Shown here: in pieces, positions 44,383 through 54,486 of the stretch
Numbering within the stretch: the stretch's first letter is position 1
How the letters are laid out: every line of letters starts with the position of its first letter
Assembly: GCA_022822365.1 (NCBI GenBank)
Contig: JAJEBV010000008.1
Coordinates: forward strand, 169,524-233,523
DNA: 64,000 nt
Reading direction: 5' to 3'
Source of the DNA: Thermoanaerobaculia bacterium
GTDB taxonomy: Bacteria; Acidobacteriota; Thermoanaerobaculia; Multivoradales; Multivoraceae
Notes under the pieces: model-generated
Told to the model about the DNA's origin: nothing
Seen by the model: the letters and a program-made list of their open reading frames with translations, nothing else
Database searches by the model: none
Made by a program: the position numbers and the translations under genes

Positions 44383-45368
44383 CGGTCGCCCCCCGCAGGC
44401 GGCGGATAGTACGTCTCCCCAACCGTGCGGCCACCGTTGCCGTTCGGTCGCTCCAGTCGACCTGACAGTGCCTGCCGCGCCAGCTGGTTCGCAGCGATCA
44501 GTGAAACGACCGCCAGGCCGCCGATGTAGTCGGCCAGCGCCTTCAGGTCGCCGCCATCGGCCAGTTCCAGCGCGTTGATGTAAGCCGTCTTCTCCTGCGC
44601 CGTGATCACCGGCGGCGGCAACGAGCGCTTCAGGTACGCCCAGGCCATCAGGAGCCGGGACACCCTGCCGTTGCCGTCCTGAAACGGATGACAGCACACG
44701 AAGCGGTGGTGTAGCCAGGCGGCCTCCGCGTTGACGGGATAGCCGCCTGTGCCCACAAGCTCATACTCGGCAAAGAAACGGTCCATCTCGGGTTGCACCT
44801 GCTCGGGCGGGCAGTACTCGTGAACCCGGCCGTCGGCGCGTCTTGGGTTGTTGGGCTGGATCTTCCACTGGCCCCTGGTCCTGAACGGAACGGCCACCCG
44901 GCGGCCCTCCAGGTCCACGCCGGCAACCGTCTCCTGGTGGCGGGTCAACAGTTGATGCCAGCTCTTGACCATGTGCTCCGAAAGCGCGCGTCCGCTCGCG
45001 ACATCTTCGAACACCATGTCGTAGGCGGCTTCCTGGTCCTCGAGCAAGCCGCGGATCGTGTCGTCGCCAAGCGCCTCGACCGTGTGTGCGCCTGCCACGC
45101 CCGCAAAGCCCTCCGCCACCAACTGCTCGGTGACCCCGTGACGCATCGTGTAGAGACCCTCGATCTGCCCGGTCTCGACAGCGAATGCCCGAACGCGCTC
45201 CCGGAGCCAGGCCTGCATGAAGCGCTCCTTGGCGGCATCACGCTTGAGCTCAGCCAGGTGCCGTGCCCAGGCCGTCTCCTGTTCCACCTGTCCGGGCAAC
45301 GCCCACGACTCGGCACCTTCGGGCATTCCCTCGAGGGGCGTCCAGCGCCACGGCTCATCGGCGGTCAT
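44379..45368 (-). CDS. Fic/DOC family protein
   Basis: 329 aa. Fic motif HPFQDGNGRVSRLLM. Confidence 0.85.
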   Translation of the reverse strand: MTADEPWRWTPLEGMPEGAESWALPGQVEQETAWARHLAELKRDAAKERFMQAWLRERVRAFAVETGQIEGLYTMRHGVTEQLVAEGFAGVAGAHTVEALGDDTIRGLLEDQEAAYDMVFEDVASGRALSEHMVKSWHQLLTRHQETVAGVDLEGRRVAVPFRTRGQWKIQPNNPRRADGRVHEYCPPEQVQPEMDRFFAEYELVGTGGYPVNAEAAWLHHRFVCCHPFQDGNGRVSRLLMAWAYLKRSLPPPVITAQEKTAYINALELADGGDLKALADYIGGLAVVSLIAANQLARQALSGRLERPNGNGGRTVGETYYPPPAGGDR

Positions 45369-45392
45369 CGCCTGATTGTAGTGACGCTCCCG

Positions 45393-47266
45393 CTACGCTG
45401 CCGTCTCCTGTTGCGCGTACTGCAACTGGTACAGGCGCCAGTAGACGCCGCGGAGCTCCAGGAGTTCGTCGTGGGTGCCGTGCTCGCAGATGGCGCCGTG
45501 GTGAAAGACGTAGATGCGGTCGACGTCCTTGATCGTCGACAGGCGGTGGGCGACGACGATCGAGGTCTTGCCTTCCATCAGGTGGCGGAGGGCGTCCTGG
45601 ATCAGGGCCTCGGTTTCGGTGTCGACGCTGGAGGTCGCTTCGTCGAGCAGCAGGAGCTGCGGTTCGCGGGCCAGGGCGCGGGCGAAGGAGAGCAACTGCC
45701 GCTGGCCGGTCGAGAAGTTCACGCCGCGCTCGCTGACCTTGTGCGCCCAGCCGTTCGGCAGGCGCTCGATCAGGTCGTCGACGTGGGTGGCGCGCGCCGC
45801 CTCGTCCACTACCTCCTCGGCGACGTCGCGGCCCAGGACGATGTTGTAGCGGAGGTCCCCGTCGAACAGGAAGACGTCCTGGAGCACGAACGCCATCCGC
45901 CGGCGCAACTCCGGTTTCGGGATGTCCCGGATGTCCCTGCCGTCGACCCGGATCGATCCTTCCTGCAGCTCGTAGAGGCGCGCCAGCAGCTTGAGCGTCG
46001 TCGTCTTCCCGGAGCCCGTGTGGCCGACGATCGCGACCCGTTCGCCGGGTCTGACCCGGAACGAGACGTCGCGCAGCACCGTCTCCGCGCCGTAGGCGAA
46101 GGTCACGCCCTCGAACTCCACCTCGCAGCCAGCCGCCGGCACTCCCGACTCCGCCGCGGCGACCGCTGCTGCGGCCGCCGATTCGACCCTGCCCTCCGGT
46201 TCCCGCGGCTCGTCCAGCAACTGGAACACGCGCTCGGCACTCGCCATGGACGACTGCATCACGGAGTACTTCGCCGACAGGTCCATCAGCGGCCGGAAGA
46301 ACCGGCTCATGTAGTCGGAGAACACGTAGATCGTGCCCAGCGTGATGCCGCCCAGTCCCATCATCTGCGCGCCGTACCAGAAGATGAGCGCCCGGGTCAG
46401 GTTCGTCGCCAGATCGACGGTCGAGAACAGCAGCGCGTCGTAGCGGATCGAGCGCAGCCAGGAATCCCGGTGAGAGGCGTTCTCCCGACTGAAGTCCTCG
46501 AAGTTGCGCCGTTCGCGGGCGAACAACTGGACCACCTTCATGCCGGAGATCGTCTCCTGCAGGTGGGCGTTGAGTCGCGCGATCTTGACCCGCACCTCCC
46601 GGTAGGCCTCCCGCACCTTGTAGCGGAAGATCGCCGCCGCGATGCCCAGGACCGGCACCAGGGCCAGGGCCGCCAGCGCCAGCCGCGGGTCGATCGCGAA
46701 CAGCATGGTGAGAATGACGACCATGACGAACACGTCCGCCACCATCGCGATGACACCCGCCGAGAACATCTCGGCAAGGTGCTCCAGGTCGTTCGTGAGC
46801 CGCGTCACGAGGCGGCCGACCGGGTAGCGGTCGAAGAAGCGCATCGGCAGCCGCTGGACGTGATCGAACAGCGTCCTGCGGACGTCCCGGACCGTGCGCT
46901 GGCCGAGCGAGATCATCGTGAAGGCCCGCAGCCAGTCCATGATCAACGTGACGATCGAGATGGCGAACACCAGCCCGAACATCCAGGCCAGGGACCCGAG
47001 TCCCAGGCGGGGCGCGACGAAGGGCGCCATCCACCCCACCTCCGTCGTCGCCTCTCCCTCGGTCAGGTAGTTCAGCGCGGCGCCGACGACCAGGGCCGGC
47101 ATGAGTTCGAGGACGGCGCGCGGCGGAATCAGGGCGAAGTTCAGCCCGATCCAGCCGCGATACGGCCGCATGAACGGCCAGAGCCGCTTGATCAAGTCCG
47201 TGTCGTAGACCTTGCCGAGGTCACGCTCGCGGCCGAGCTGGGCAGCCTCGCTCCGCTCCTCGCTCA
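45393..47266 (-). CDS. ABC exporter, fused permease/ATPase (MsbA-like), heterodimer half
   Basis: GTG start at about 47266 (VSEERSEA...). TM domain followed by an NBD with GHTGSGKTT, LSGGQRQ and LLLDEATS. Confidence 0.85.
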
Positions 47267-49201
47267 CGACGGCTCCCCCAGGGGCAACCGCTGCTGACCC
47301 GCAACGGCCGGGGCAGGGACGCCGGCGGCCGGCTCCGGCACCGCCGCACCGCCGTCGCCAAGGTCGAGTTCCGACAACAGCTCCTGGCGATGGTGCAGGC
47401 GGGCATAGAAGCCGCCCAGCTCGACGAGCTCGCGGTGGGTCCCACGCTCGCTGATCCGGCCGTTCTCGAGCACGACGATCTGGTCCGCGTGCCGCACGGC
47501 CGAGATCCGGTGCGCCACGATGAAGCACGTGCGGCCGCGCCGCCGACCCTCGAGGTCGCCCAGGATCGCCTCTTCGGTGCCGTGGTCGACGCTCGAGAGA
47601 GAGTCGTCCAGGATGAGGATCGACGGGCGCAGGATCATCGCCCGCGCCAGGGCGACGCGCTGGCGCTGGCCACCCGACAGGGTGACCCCCCGCTCGCCGA
47701 CGACGGTGTCGAAGCCGTCCTCGAACTCCTCGATCTCCCGCTCGACCTGGGCCCGGGCGGCCGCCCGCCTCACCTCCTCGAGGTGAACGTCCGGCACGCC
47801 GTAGCGGATGTTCTCGGCCACCGAAATGGAGAACAGGAAGCTGTCCTGCGGCACCATCGCGATGCTCGAGCGGAGCAGATGGACCGGCATCCGGTTGAGA
47901 TCCACGCCGTCGATCAGGATCGCGTCGTCGTCGACCTCAAGGAGTCGCGGCACCAGGCTGACGAGGGTCGTCTTGCCGGAGCCGACCGGTCCCACGATGC
48001 CGACCGTGCTGCCGGCCTCCACGGTCAGATCGACGCCCTTGAGCGCCGGCACGTAGCTGCCCGGATAGGTGAACGTGAGGTTGCGGAACTCGACGCGCCC
48101 CCTGATCTCCGAAACCGCGGCGACATCCTCGCGATCGCGGATCGACGGCACGATGTCCAGAACGGATCCCAGCCGCTCCAGCGCCGCGAGGCCGCGCTGG
48201 GTGATCGACACGACGAAGCCCAGCATCATCGTCGGGAACGTGAGCATGCCGATCAGGCCCCAGAACAGCCACAGGTCCTCGGTGCCGAGCTGACCCGCCT
48301 GCACCCGCTGCCCGCCCAACCACAGCACGACGGCAGCCGACAGGGCCGGCACCAGGCCGACGCTGGCGAACATCGTCGTCTGCATGACCCCGACCCTCAT
48401 CATCCGCCGGAAGAGCTCCTGGTTCTGGTCCTCGAAGCGGTCCCGCTCCAGGTCGGACAGGTCGTAGGCCTTCACGACCAGCGCGCCCGACGCGTTCTCC
48501 TGCACGACCGTGGAGACCTTGCCCAGCTGCTCCTGGCCGGCCAGATTGGCCTGGAACATGTAGCGGCTGTAGTGGCGCGTGATCAGGACGAAGAGCGGGA
48601 AGGGCCCCAGCGCCCAGAGAGTCAGCGTCGCGTCCACCGGCAGCAGAACGATCAGCGCGCCCGCGAACAGCACCGGCGTCTGCAGCAGGTTCAGGAGTCC
48701 CATCCCCAGGAACATCCGGATGCTGTTGATGTCGTTCACGGCCCGCGACATGAGGTCGCCGGTGCGGTGAGCGAGGTAGAAGGACTGCGGCAGGCTCTGG
48801 AGATGGACGAAGTAGTCGTTGCGGATCCGGTACTCGATCTGCCGGCCGATGTTGAACATGACGATGCGCGAGAAGAGCCGCGCCAGAGCCAGGCAGACCG
48901 AGGCGACGACCAGCCAGAGGATCGCCCGCCCGACCACGTCCGGGGCGTTCTCGAAGGCGGCGACGATGTCCCGGATGGATAGCGGGATGAGCTGAAAGAA
49001 GGCCGCGTAGAGGAGCGTGAGTATCCCGCCCAGGACGTAGGCGCCGGGGGCGAGCCGCATGTACGCGAACAGGCGGGCAAGCGGCTTCTGGCTTCCTGCC
49101 GACCCACCGTCCATGGCGGGGGGACCATAACAACGCACCTCCCCCGATCGCCTCGCGGCTGGGGTAGGCTGCCGCAGCTTTCCCCAAGCTCCGTACGCCA
49201 T
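47264..49201 (-). CDS. ABC exporter, fused permease/ATPase, heterodimer half
   Basis: 645 aa. TM domain followed by an NBD with GPVGSGKTT, LSGGQRQRV and LILDDSLS. Confidence 0.85.
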   Translation of the reverse strand: MAYGAWGKLRQPTPAARRSGEVRCYGPPAMDGGSAGSQKPLARLFAYMRLAPGAYVLGGILTLLYAAFFQLIPLSIRDIVAAFENAPDVVGRAILWLVVASVCLALARLFSRIVMFNIGRQIEYRIRNDYFVHLQSLPQSFYLAHRTGDLMSRAVNDINSIRMFLGMGLLNLLQTPVLFAGALIVLLPVDATLTLWALGPFPLFVLITRHYSRYMFQANLAGQEQLGKVSTVVQENASGALVVKAYDLSDLERDRFEDQNQELFRRMMRVGVMQTTMFASVGLVPALSAAVVLWLGGQRVQAGQLGTEDLWLFWGLIGMLTFPTMMLGFVVSITQRGLAALERLGSVLDIVPSIRDREDVAAVSEIRGRVEFRNLTFTYPGSYVPALKGVDLTVEAGSTVGIVGPVGSGKTTLVSLVPRLLEVDDDAILIDGVDLNRMPVHLLRSSIAMVPQDSFLFSISVAENIRYGVPDVHLEEVRRAAARAQVEREIEEFEDGFDTVVGERGVTLSGGQRQRVALARAMILRPSILILDDSLSSVDHGTEEAILGDLEGRRRGRTCFIVAHRISAVRHADQIVVLENGRISERGTHRELVELGGFYARLHHRQELLSELDLGDGGAAVPEPAAGVPAPAVAGQQRLPLGEPS

Positions 49202-49203
49202 TC

Positions 49204-49812
49204 ATGAAGCTCCACTGGTTCGTCTTCCTCACGCTGATCGGCATGTGCTTGGCGGTCGGCGCGGCGTTCGTCGCGCCAACGGAGGTCGTCGTACAGGACG
49301 GCGCGACCGAGCAGGTCGTGAGCAGCAGCGGCTTTCAGCACGACCGCTTCTCCACGATGCGCCAGGGCGGTCCTGGCGCCGAGCGCCACGCCACGACGCT
49401 CTGGATCGGCTGGGCCTTCGTCATCTTCCAGGTGCTCTTCTTCGGCGGCTGCCTGGCGATGGGCATGGAGCGCCGGGGCGCCGAAGGCCCGTCACTGGGG
49501 CCCGCCCGCGGTCCGCTCCTCTACGCCACGTTGATTCTGGCGGCGATCTTCACCGCGCTCGTCTTCTCGTACCAGCGCTACGCCACCGCGGACACGCACA
49601 CCCTGTTCCTCGGCTTCCCCAGGCCGACGGCGTGGGTCTTCTACGCGGTCTGGCCCTTCCCGGTGTACCTCATGTTCGTCTACATGCGGATCTTCGACCG
49701 CTGGTTCTTCACCGAAGAGGACGAACGCAAGGTCGCGGAGCTCGCCGCGGCCCAGCGGCAGCGGGAGCTTGAAGCCGGCGGCAGCGACGCGGCCCGGGCG
49801 GGAGGCGGCTGA
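49204..49812 (+). CDS. DUF4212-family small membrane subunit of a sodium:solute symporter
   Basis: 202 aa hydrophobic protein immediately upstream of, and overlapping, an SSS-family transporter. This pairing is known. Confidence 0.55.
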   Translation: MKLHWFVFLTLIGMCLAVGAAFVAPTEVVVQDGATEQVVSSSGFQHDRFSTMRQGGPGAERHATTLWIGWAFVIFQVLFFGGCLAMGMERRGAEGPSLGPARGPLLYATLILAAIFTALVFSYQRYATADTHTLFLGFPRPTAWVFYAVWPFPVYLMFVYMRIFDRWFFTEEDERKVAELAAAQRQRELEAGGSDAARAGGG

Positions 49813-51299
49813 TGGAGGAGAGTCGCAACGCGGTCGTCCTGACCTGCCTGCTCATCTACTTCGCGCTGTGCATCGGCGTCGGCGTCTGGGCGCTCAGGCG
49901 CACGAAGTCGTCCCAGGACTTCTTCATGGCTGGCCGCGAACTCGGCATCATCGTCACCGCGTTCGCCCTCTTCTCGAGCACGCTCTCCGGGTTCGGCTTC
50001 GTCGGCGGCCCCGGACTCGTCTACAGCCAGGGCATGACGTCGGTGTGGATGATCGTCTGCGGCACGGTGGCGAGCTGCTTCACGTTCTTCCTCGTGGCGA
50101 AGCGGCTGCGCATCTTCTCCGAGGTCTACCAGACGGTCTCGCTGCCCGACACGGTGGCGCTCCGCTACCAGAGCGAGGTCACCCGCTTCCTCACAGCGGT
50201 GGCGATCATCCTCGGCGTCGTCGGCTACCTGGCGGCGCAGATCATGGCGATGGCGGTCGTGCTGCAGGAGATCCTGAACAGCGTCGACGGCATGCCCCAT
50301 GTGAGCCTGGGCGCCTCGATGGCGATCTCCGTCGCCGTCCTCGTCTTCTACTGCGTGACCGGCGGCATCATCGCCGGCGTCTACACCGACGTCGTCCAGG
50401 GCGCCGTGATGGCGGTGGCCGGTGTGCTGGTCGTGATCGCGGCCGTCAACGCGGTCGACGGCGGCCTCGCCGGCGGCGCAATGACCCTGGTGAACGACGA
50501 TCCGGAGGCGATCGGCCCCTGGGGCACCCTGGGCATCATGGGGGCGCTGTCGTACTACTTCCTGTTCGTGGCCGGCGCCTGCGGACAGCCGCACATCGTC
50601 ACGAAGTTGATGATGAACAAGAAGATCCGCCAGTTCAAGCAGATCTTCCTCGTCAGCGCGATCGCCGGCGTTCTCGCGGCGCTGCTGTGGATCGCGATCG
50701 GTTTCGCGATGCGGGCTCTGGTCGTGGCGGGCGACCACCCCGAACTCGGCCAGCCTGACGACGCGGCCTACGCCTTCCTGCAGGCGTACGCGCATCCGAT
50801 CCTGGCCGGCATCGTCTTCGCCGCCCTCTTCGCGGCGATCATGTCGACCGCCGACGGTTTCCTGAACATCGGCGCGGCGGCGATCATCCATGACATTCCC
50901 AAGGCGATCACCGGCAAGCCGCTCAAGAAGGAGCTGTTCTGGGCGCGCACGGCGACGCTCGCCCTGGCCGTTGGCGCGGCGCTCTTCGTGAGTCTCTCCA
51001 AGGAGGACCTGGTCGCCCTGCTCGGCACCTTCGGCTGGGGGACGTTCGCAGCGGCGCTCGTGCCCACCGTGGCGATCGGCTTCAACTGGAAACGGGCGAC
51101 CGCGCTCGCGGCGAACGTCGCGATCATCTCCAGCCTGGCGGTCAACTTCTTCATCGAGATCAGGGAGATCCAGGTACCCCACGGCATCCACGGCGGCGCC
51201 ATCTCGCTGCTGCTGTCGCTGACGCTCTTCTTCGGCATCTCCCTGCTGTCGAAACCGAAACCGCTGCCAGACGAGATCGACGCGATCATCGACCTGTAG
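49812..51299 (+). CDS. sodium:solute symporter family transporter
   Basis: 495 aa with about 13 TM helices. SSF N-terminal region (QDFFMAGRELG). Confidence 0.8.
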   Translation: MEESRNAVVLTCLLIYFALCIGVGVWALRRTKSSQDFFMAGRELGIIVTAFALFSSTLSGFGFVGGPGLVYSQGMTSVWMIVCGTVASCFTFFLVAKRLRIFSEVYQTVSLPDTVALRYQSEVTRFLTAVAIILGVVGYLAAQIMAMAVVLQEILNSVDGMPHVSLGASMAISVAVLVFYCVTGGIIAGVYTDVVQGAVMAVAGVLVVIAAVNAVDGGLAGGAMTLVNDDPEAIGPWGTLGIMGALSYYFLFVAGACGQPHIVTKLMMNKKIRQFKQIFLVSAIAGVLAALLWIAIGFAMRALVVAGDHPELGQPDDAAYAFLQAYAHPILAGIVFAALFAAIMSTADGFLNIGAAAIIHDIPKAITGKPLKKELFWARTATLALAVGAALFVSLSKEDLVALLGTFGWGTFAAALVPTVAIGFNWKRATALAANVAIISSLAVNFFIEIREIQVPHGIHGGAISLLLSLTLFFGISLLSKPKPLPDEIDAIIDL

Positions 51300-52243
51300 T
51301 GACCGTCTCCCCCGATTTCCAACGCCCCGACGCCGCCGTAGAACCCCGCTTCCCGGACGTCGACGCGGTCATCGCCGCACTCCGCGCCGAGGACTACATC
51401 GCGGAGCGCGACCTCGCCACCGCGATCTACCTGTCGCTGCGCATGGGCAAGCCGATCTTCCTGGAGGGCGAGCCCGGCGTCGGCAAGACGGAGGTCGCCA
51501 AGGCCCTCTCACGCTGCCTGGGCTCCGAGCTGATCCGGCTCCAGTGCTACGAGGGCCTCGACGTCTCGACCGCCGTCTACGAGTGGAACTACCGCCGGCA
51601 ACTGCTCCACCTGCGCGGGCTCGAGGCGACGGGCGGCGGCGACGCCCGCACCGCGGTCGACGACGTGTTCTCCGCCGACTTCCTGCTCGAGCGGCCCCTG
51701 CTGCGAGCGGTCCGCCAGAGCCGCAGGGGCGAGGCCCCGCCCGTGCTGCTGATCGACGAACTGGACCGGGCCGACGAGGAGTTCGAGGCCTACCTGCTCG
51801 AAATCCTGGCCGACTTCCAGATCACGATCCCGGAGATCGGCACCGTCGCCGCCGAGACGCCGCCGGTCGCCGTCGTGACGTCCAACCGCACCCGCGAAGT
51901 CCACGACGCGCTGAAGCGCCGCTGCCTCTACCACTGGATCGACTTCCCGGACTACGAGAAGGAAGTCCAGATCGTCCTCCGCCGCGTCCCCGAGGCGCCC
52001 GAGCACTTCGCCGCCGAGATCGTCCGCCTGGTCCAGGCGCTCCGCGAGGAGGATCTCTTCAAGCATCCAGGCGTCGCCGAGACCCTCGACTGGACGAACG
52101 CCCTGATCGCCCTCGACCAGGAAACGCTCTCCGACGCCATCCTGCGCGACACGCTGGGCGTGCTACTCAAGTACCAGGACGACCTCGACAAGATCGACGA
52201 CGAGGCGGTGCGCCGGCTGTTGCGGAAGAGCCAGTCAGAGTAG
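51299..52243 (+). CDS. MoxR-family AAA+ ATPase
   Basis: 314 aa. FLEGEPGVGKTEVAKAL, LLIDELDRA. MoxR/CoxD-like. Confidence 0.85.
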   Translation: MTVSPDFQRPDAAVEPRFPDVDAVIAALRAEDYIAERDLATAIYLSLRMGKPIFLEGEPGVGKTEVAKALSRCLGSELIRLQCYEGLDVSTAVYEWNYRRQLLHLRGLEATGGGDARTAVDDVFSADFLLERPLLRAVRQSRRGEAPPVLLIDELDRADEEFEAYLLEILADFQITIPEIGTVAAETPPVAVVTSNRTREVHDALKRRCLYHWIDFPDYEKEVQIVLRRVPEAPEHFAAEIVRLVQALREEDLFKHPGVAETLDWTNALIALDQETLSDAILRDTLGVLLKYQDDLDKIDDEAVRRLLRKSQSE

Positions 52244-52266
52244 CGGGCACGCCAGAGAGCAAGGAC

Positions 52267-53169
52267 TCAAGGAGTGAGCGTCCGGGCTACTCGGATACCG
52301 TTGTTGCGGAAACGGTTGCCGGCGCTGTACCTGTAGCGGTTCGCGGAGCGGAGGAACCTCGGATAGCCGTACCAGGAACTGCCGCGCAAGACGCGACGGG
52401 AACAATCGCCCGACTGCCAGGCGCTCCCGTCCGAGGGCGCACCCCCGTAGCTACCATTCCAGCAGTCCTGCACCCACTCGAACACGTTCCCGTGCATGTC
52501 GTGAAGACCCAACCCGTTCGCGTCAAACGAACCCACGGGAGCCGTCCCTTCCCAATCCCACCGGCTCCCGCAACCACTGCAGTTCGCGCGACCCGAACCG
52601 ATCTCGTTCCCCCAACTGTAAGCCGTCGACGTACCAGCGCGAGCCGCATACTCCCACTCCGATTCGCTCAGCAAACGGTACTCCGCTCCCGTCTCGGTAG
52701 ACAACCAACTCACGTACTCCTGAGCGTCATCCCAGGACACGTTCACCACCGGACGATTGCCGCGACCCCAGCCCTCATCGTCCGGACGATGACTGCAACC
52801 GCCGGCCGACACGCAAGCCTCCCACTGCGCGAACGTCACCTCGTGCTTCGACACCGCGAAAGCCTGCGGGATCGTCACCTCGTGCACCGGCAGCTCGGCG
52901 TCCCCGCAGCGCACACCCGACACGCAACCCATACGAAAACCGCCCGCCGGAATCACCACCATCTCCGGACCGTTCCCACCCGAACGCAGCGCGTCATGGA
53001 ACGTCTCGCCCGATACGCCCCGACCGCTGCCGGCGGAAGCCGCCGCAGCCCCGGTTTCCGCCGCATCGATCTGCCTGTCCGGGGGCAACTGCGCGGCGGC
53101 GGGAGTCGACGTACACAACACAGCGAATGCCAGGGCGGCAGTCGGAAGTCGCAGGGGCCTCTCGGTCAT
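52267..53169 (-). CDS. formylglycine-generating enzyme (SUMF1/FGE-sulfatase) family protein, secreted
   Basis: 300 aa with a signal peptide. FGE-sulfatase blocks (RGGSW..., RSANRYRYSAGNRFRNNGIRVARTL). Confidence 0.8.
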   Translation of the reverse strand: MTERPLRLPTAALAFAVLCTSTPAAAQLPPDRQIDAAETGAAAASAGSGRGVSGETFHDALRSGGNGPEMVVIPAGGFRMGCVSGVRCGDAELPVHEVTIPQAFAVSKHEVTFAQWEACVSAGGCSHRPDDEGWGRGNRPVVNVSWDDAQEYVSWLSTETGAEYRLLSESEWEYAARAGTSTAYSWGNEIGSGRANCSGCGSRWDWEGTAPVGSFDANGLGLHDMHGNVFEWVQDCWNGSYGGAPSDGSAWQSGDCSRRVLRGSSWYGYPRFLRSANRYRYSAGNRFRNNGIRVARTLTP

Positions 53170-53224
53170 CTCGCTCTCCTTGGGATGGCGGGTGGCGCGA
53201 CTCTACTAGCCACCCCCTCGGCGC

Positions 53225-54430
53225 TTGGACCGGCCCTCGGCGACGATGACTGAGACGGCCGCGGCTGTGACGCGCGGCCACCTGCTGCGCAACATCGTCC
53301 TCTTCGGCCGCCTGCTGCGGGTCGGCAGCCTCGACGTCACGCCGACCCAGCTCCGCGACTGGGTGGCCGCGCTCGAACTGGTCGACCTCGCCCGCAAGCG
53401 GGACGTGAAGGCGGCGGCCCAAGCCGTCCTCGTCAGCCGGCGCCGCGACCTGCCCTGGTTCAACAAGGCGTTCGAGCTGTTCTGGCAGGCCCGCGACCCG
53501 CGGGAGCTCGAACAACTCGAACTCGGACTGATGATCCAGCGCCGGACCGAGCGGACAAAGCGAGCGGCGATCCAGAAGCTGGCGCTGAACGACAGCGACG
53601 GGGGCGATGAGCGCGAGGACGACCGGGACCGTACCGCCCGCGCCCAGCTCTACAGCGCCCGCGAAGCGTTGCGCCAGAAGGACTTCGCCGAACTCGAAGG
53701 CGACGAACTGGACGACATCAAGCGCCTGATGGCCACGATGCGTTGGGAGCTCGAGACCCGCCGTACCCGGCGGCTCCGGCCGGACCGCCACGGCCACCGC
53801 CTCGACCTGCGCCGGACGCTGCGCCGCAGCCTGACCCAGGGCGGGGAAATGGTCGACCTGGTCCACCGGGGCCGCAAGCACCGGCGGCGACCGCTGGTCC
53901 TGCTCTGCGACATCTCGGGCTCCATGGAGCCCTACTCGCGGCTGCTGCTCCACTTCATCTACGCCGTCTCACACCCACGGTCCGCCGACCCGGGCGTGTC
54001 GCGAGTCGAGGCATTCGCGTTCGGCACCCGGCTGACCCGTCTGACCCAGGAGCTGGCCGAACGCGACGTCGACCGGGCGCTACAGGCAGCCGCCCATCGC
54101 ATCGAGGACTGGGGCGGCGGCACCCGCACCGGCGACGCCCTGCGCGAGTTCAACTTCACCTGGAGCCGCCGCCTGCTCGGTCAGGGCGCCGCCGTCCTGA
54201 TCATCAGCGACGGCTGGGACCGCGGCGACATCGGCCTGCTCGGCCACGAGATGGAACGCATCCACCGGAGTTGTCATCGCCTGATCTGGCTCAATCCACT
54301 GCTGGGTTCGCCGGACTACCAGCCGCTGACCCGCGGCATCGTGGCCGCGCTCCCGCATGTCGACGACTTTCTGCCGGTCCACAACCTGGCGAGCCTGGAG
54401 CAGTTGGGGGACTTGCTGGCCGCGATGTAG
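53225..54430 (+). CDS. VWA-domain protein (CoxE-like) partner of MoxR
   Basis: 401 aa. VWA MIDAS region LVLLCDISGSM. Confidence 0.8.
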   Translation: MDRPSATMTETAAAVTRGHLLRNIVLFGRLLRVGSLDVTPTQLRDWVAALELVDLARKRDVKAAAQAVLVSRRRDLPWFNKAFELFWQARDPRELEQLELGLMIQRRTERTKRAAIQKLALNDSDGGDEREDDRDRTARAQLYSAREALRQKDFAELEGDELDDIKRLMATMRWELETRRTRRLRPDRHGHRLDLRRTLRRSLTQGGEMVDLVHRGRKHRRRPLVLLCDISGSMEPYSRLLLHFIYAVSHPRSADPGVSRVEAFAFGTRLTRLTQELAERDVDRALQAAAHRIEDWGGGTRTGDALREFNFTWSRRLLGQGAAVLIISDGWDRGDIGLLGHEMERIHRSCHRLIWLNPLLGSPDYQPLTRGIVAALPHVDDFLPVHNLASLEQLGDLLAAM

Positions 54431-54473
54431 CGCCGCCTTCGGCGGCAGCGGGTCAGAAGACCCGCGCACCCAG
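54431..54473. repeat. 43-nt double-hairpin repeat, copy B
   Basis: cgccgccttcggcggcagcgggtcagaagacccgcgcacccag. Lies between convergent VWA and nucleoside hydrolase genes. Identical to copy C. Confidence 0.75.
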
Positions 54474-54486
54474 CGGATCCAGCGGA

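Noticed and set aside
44793-47297. 834-aa plus-strand ORF
   Set aside because: It is antisense to the Fic and ABC exporter genes. It is a high-GC artefact.
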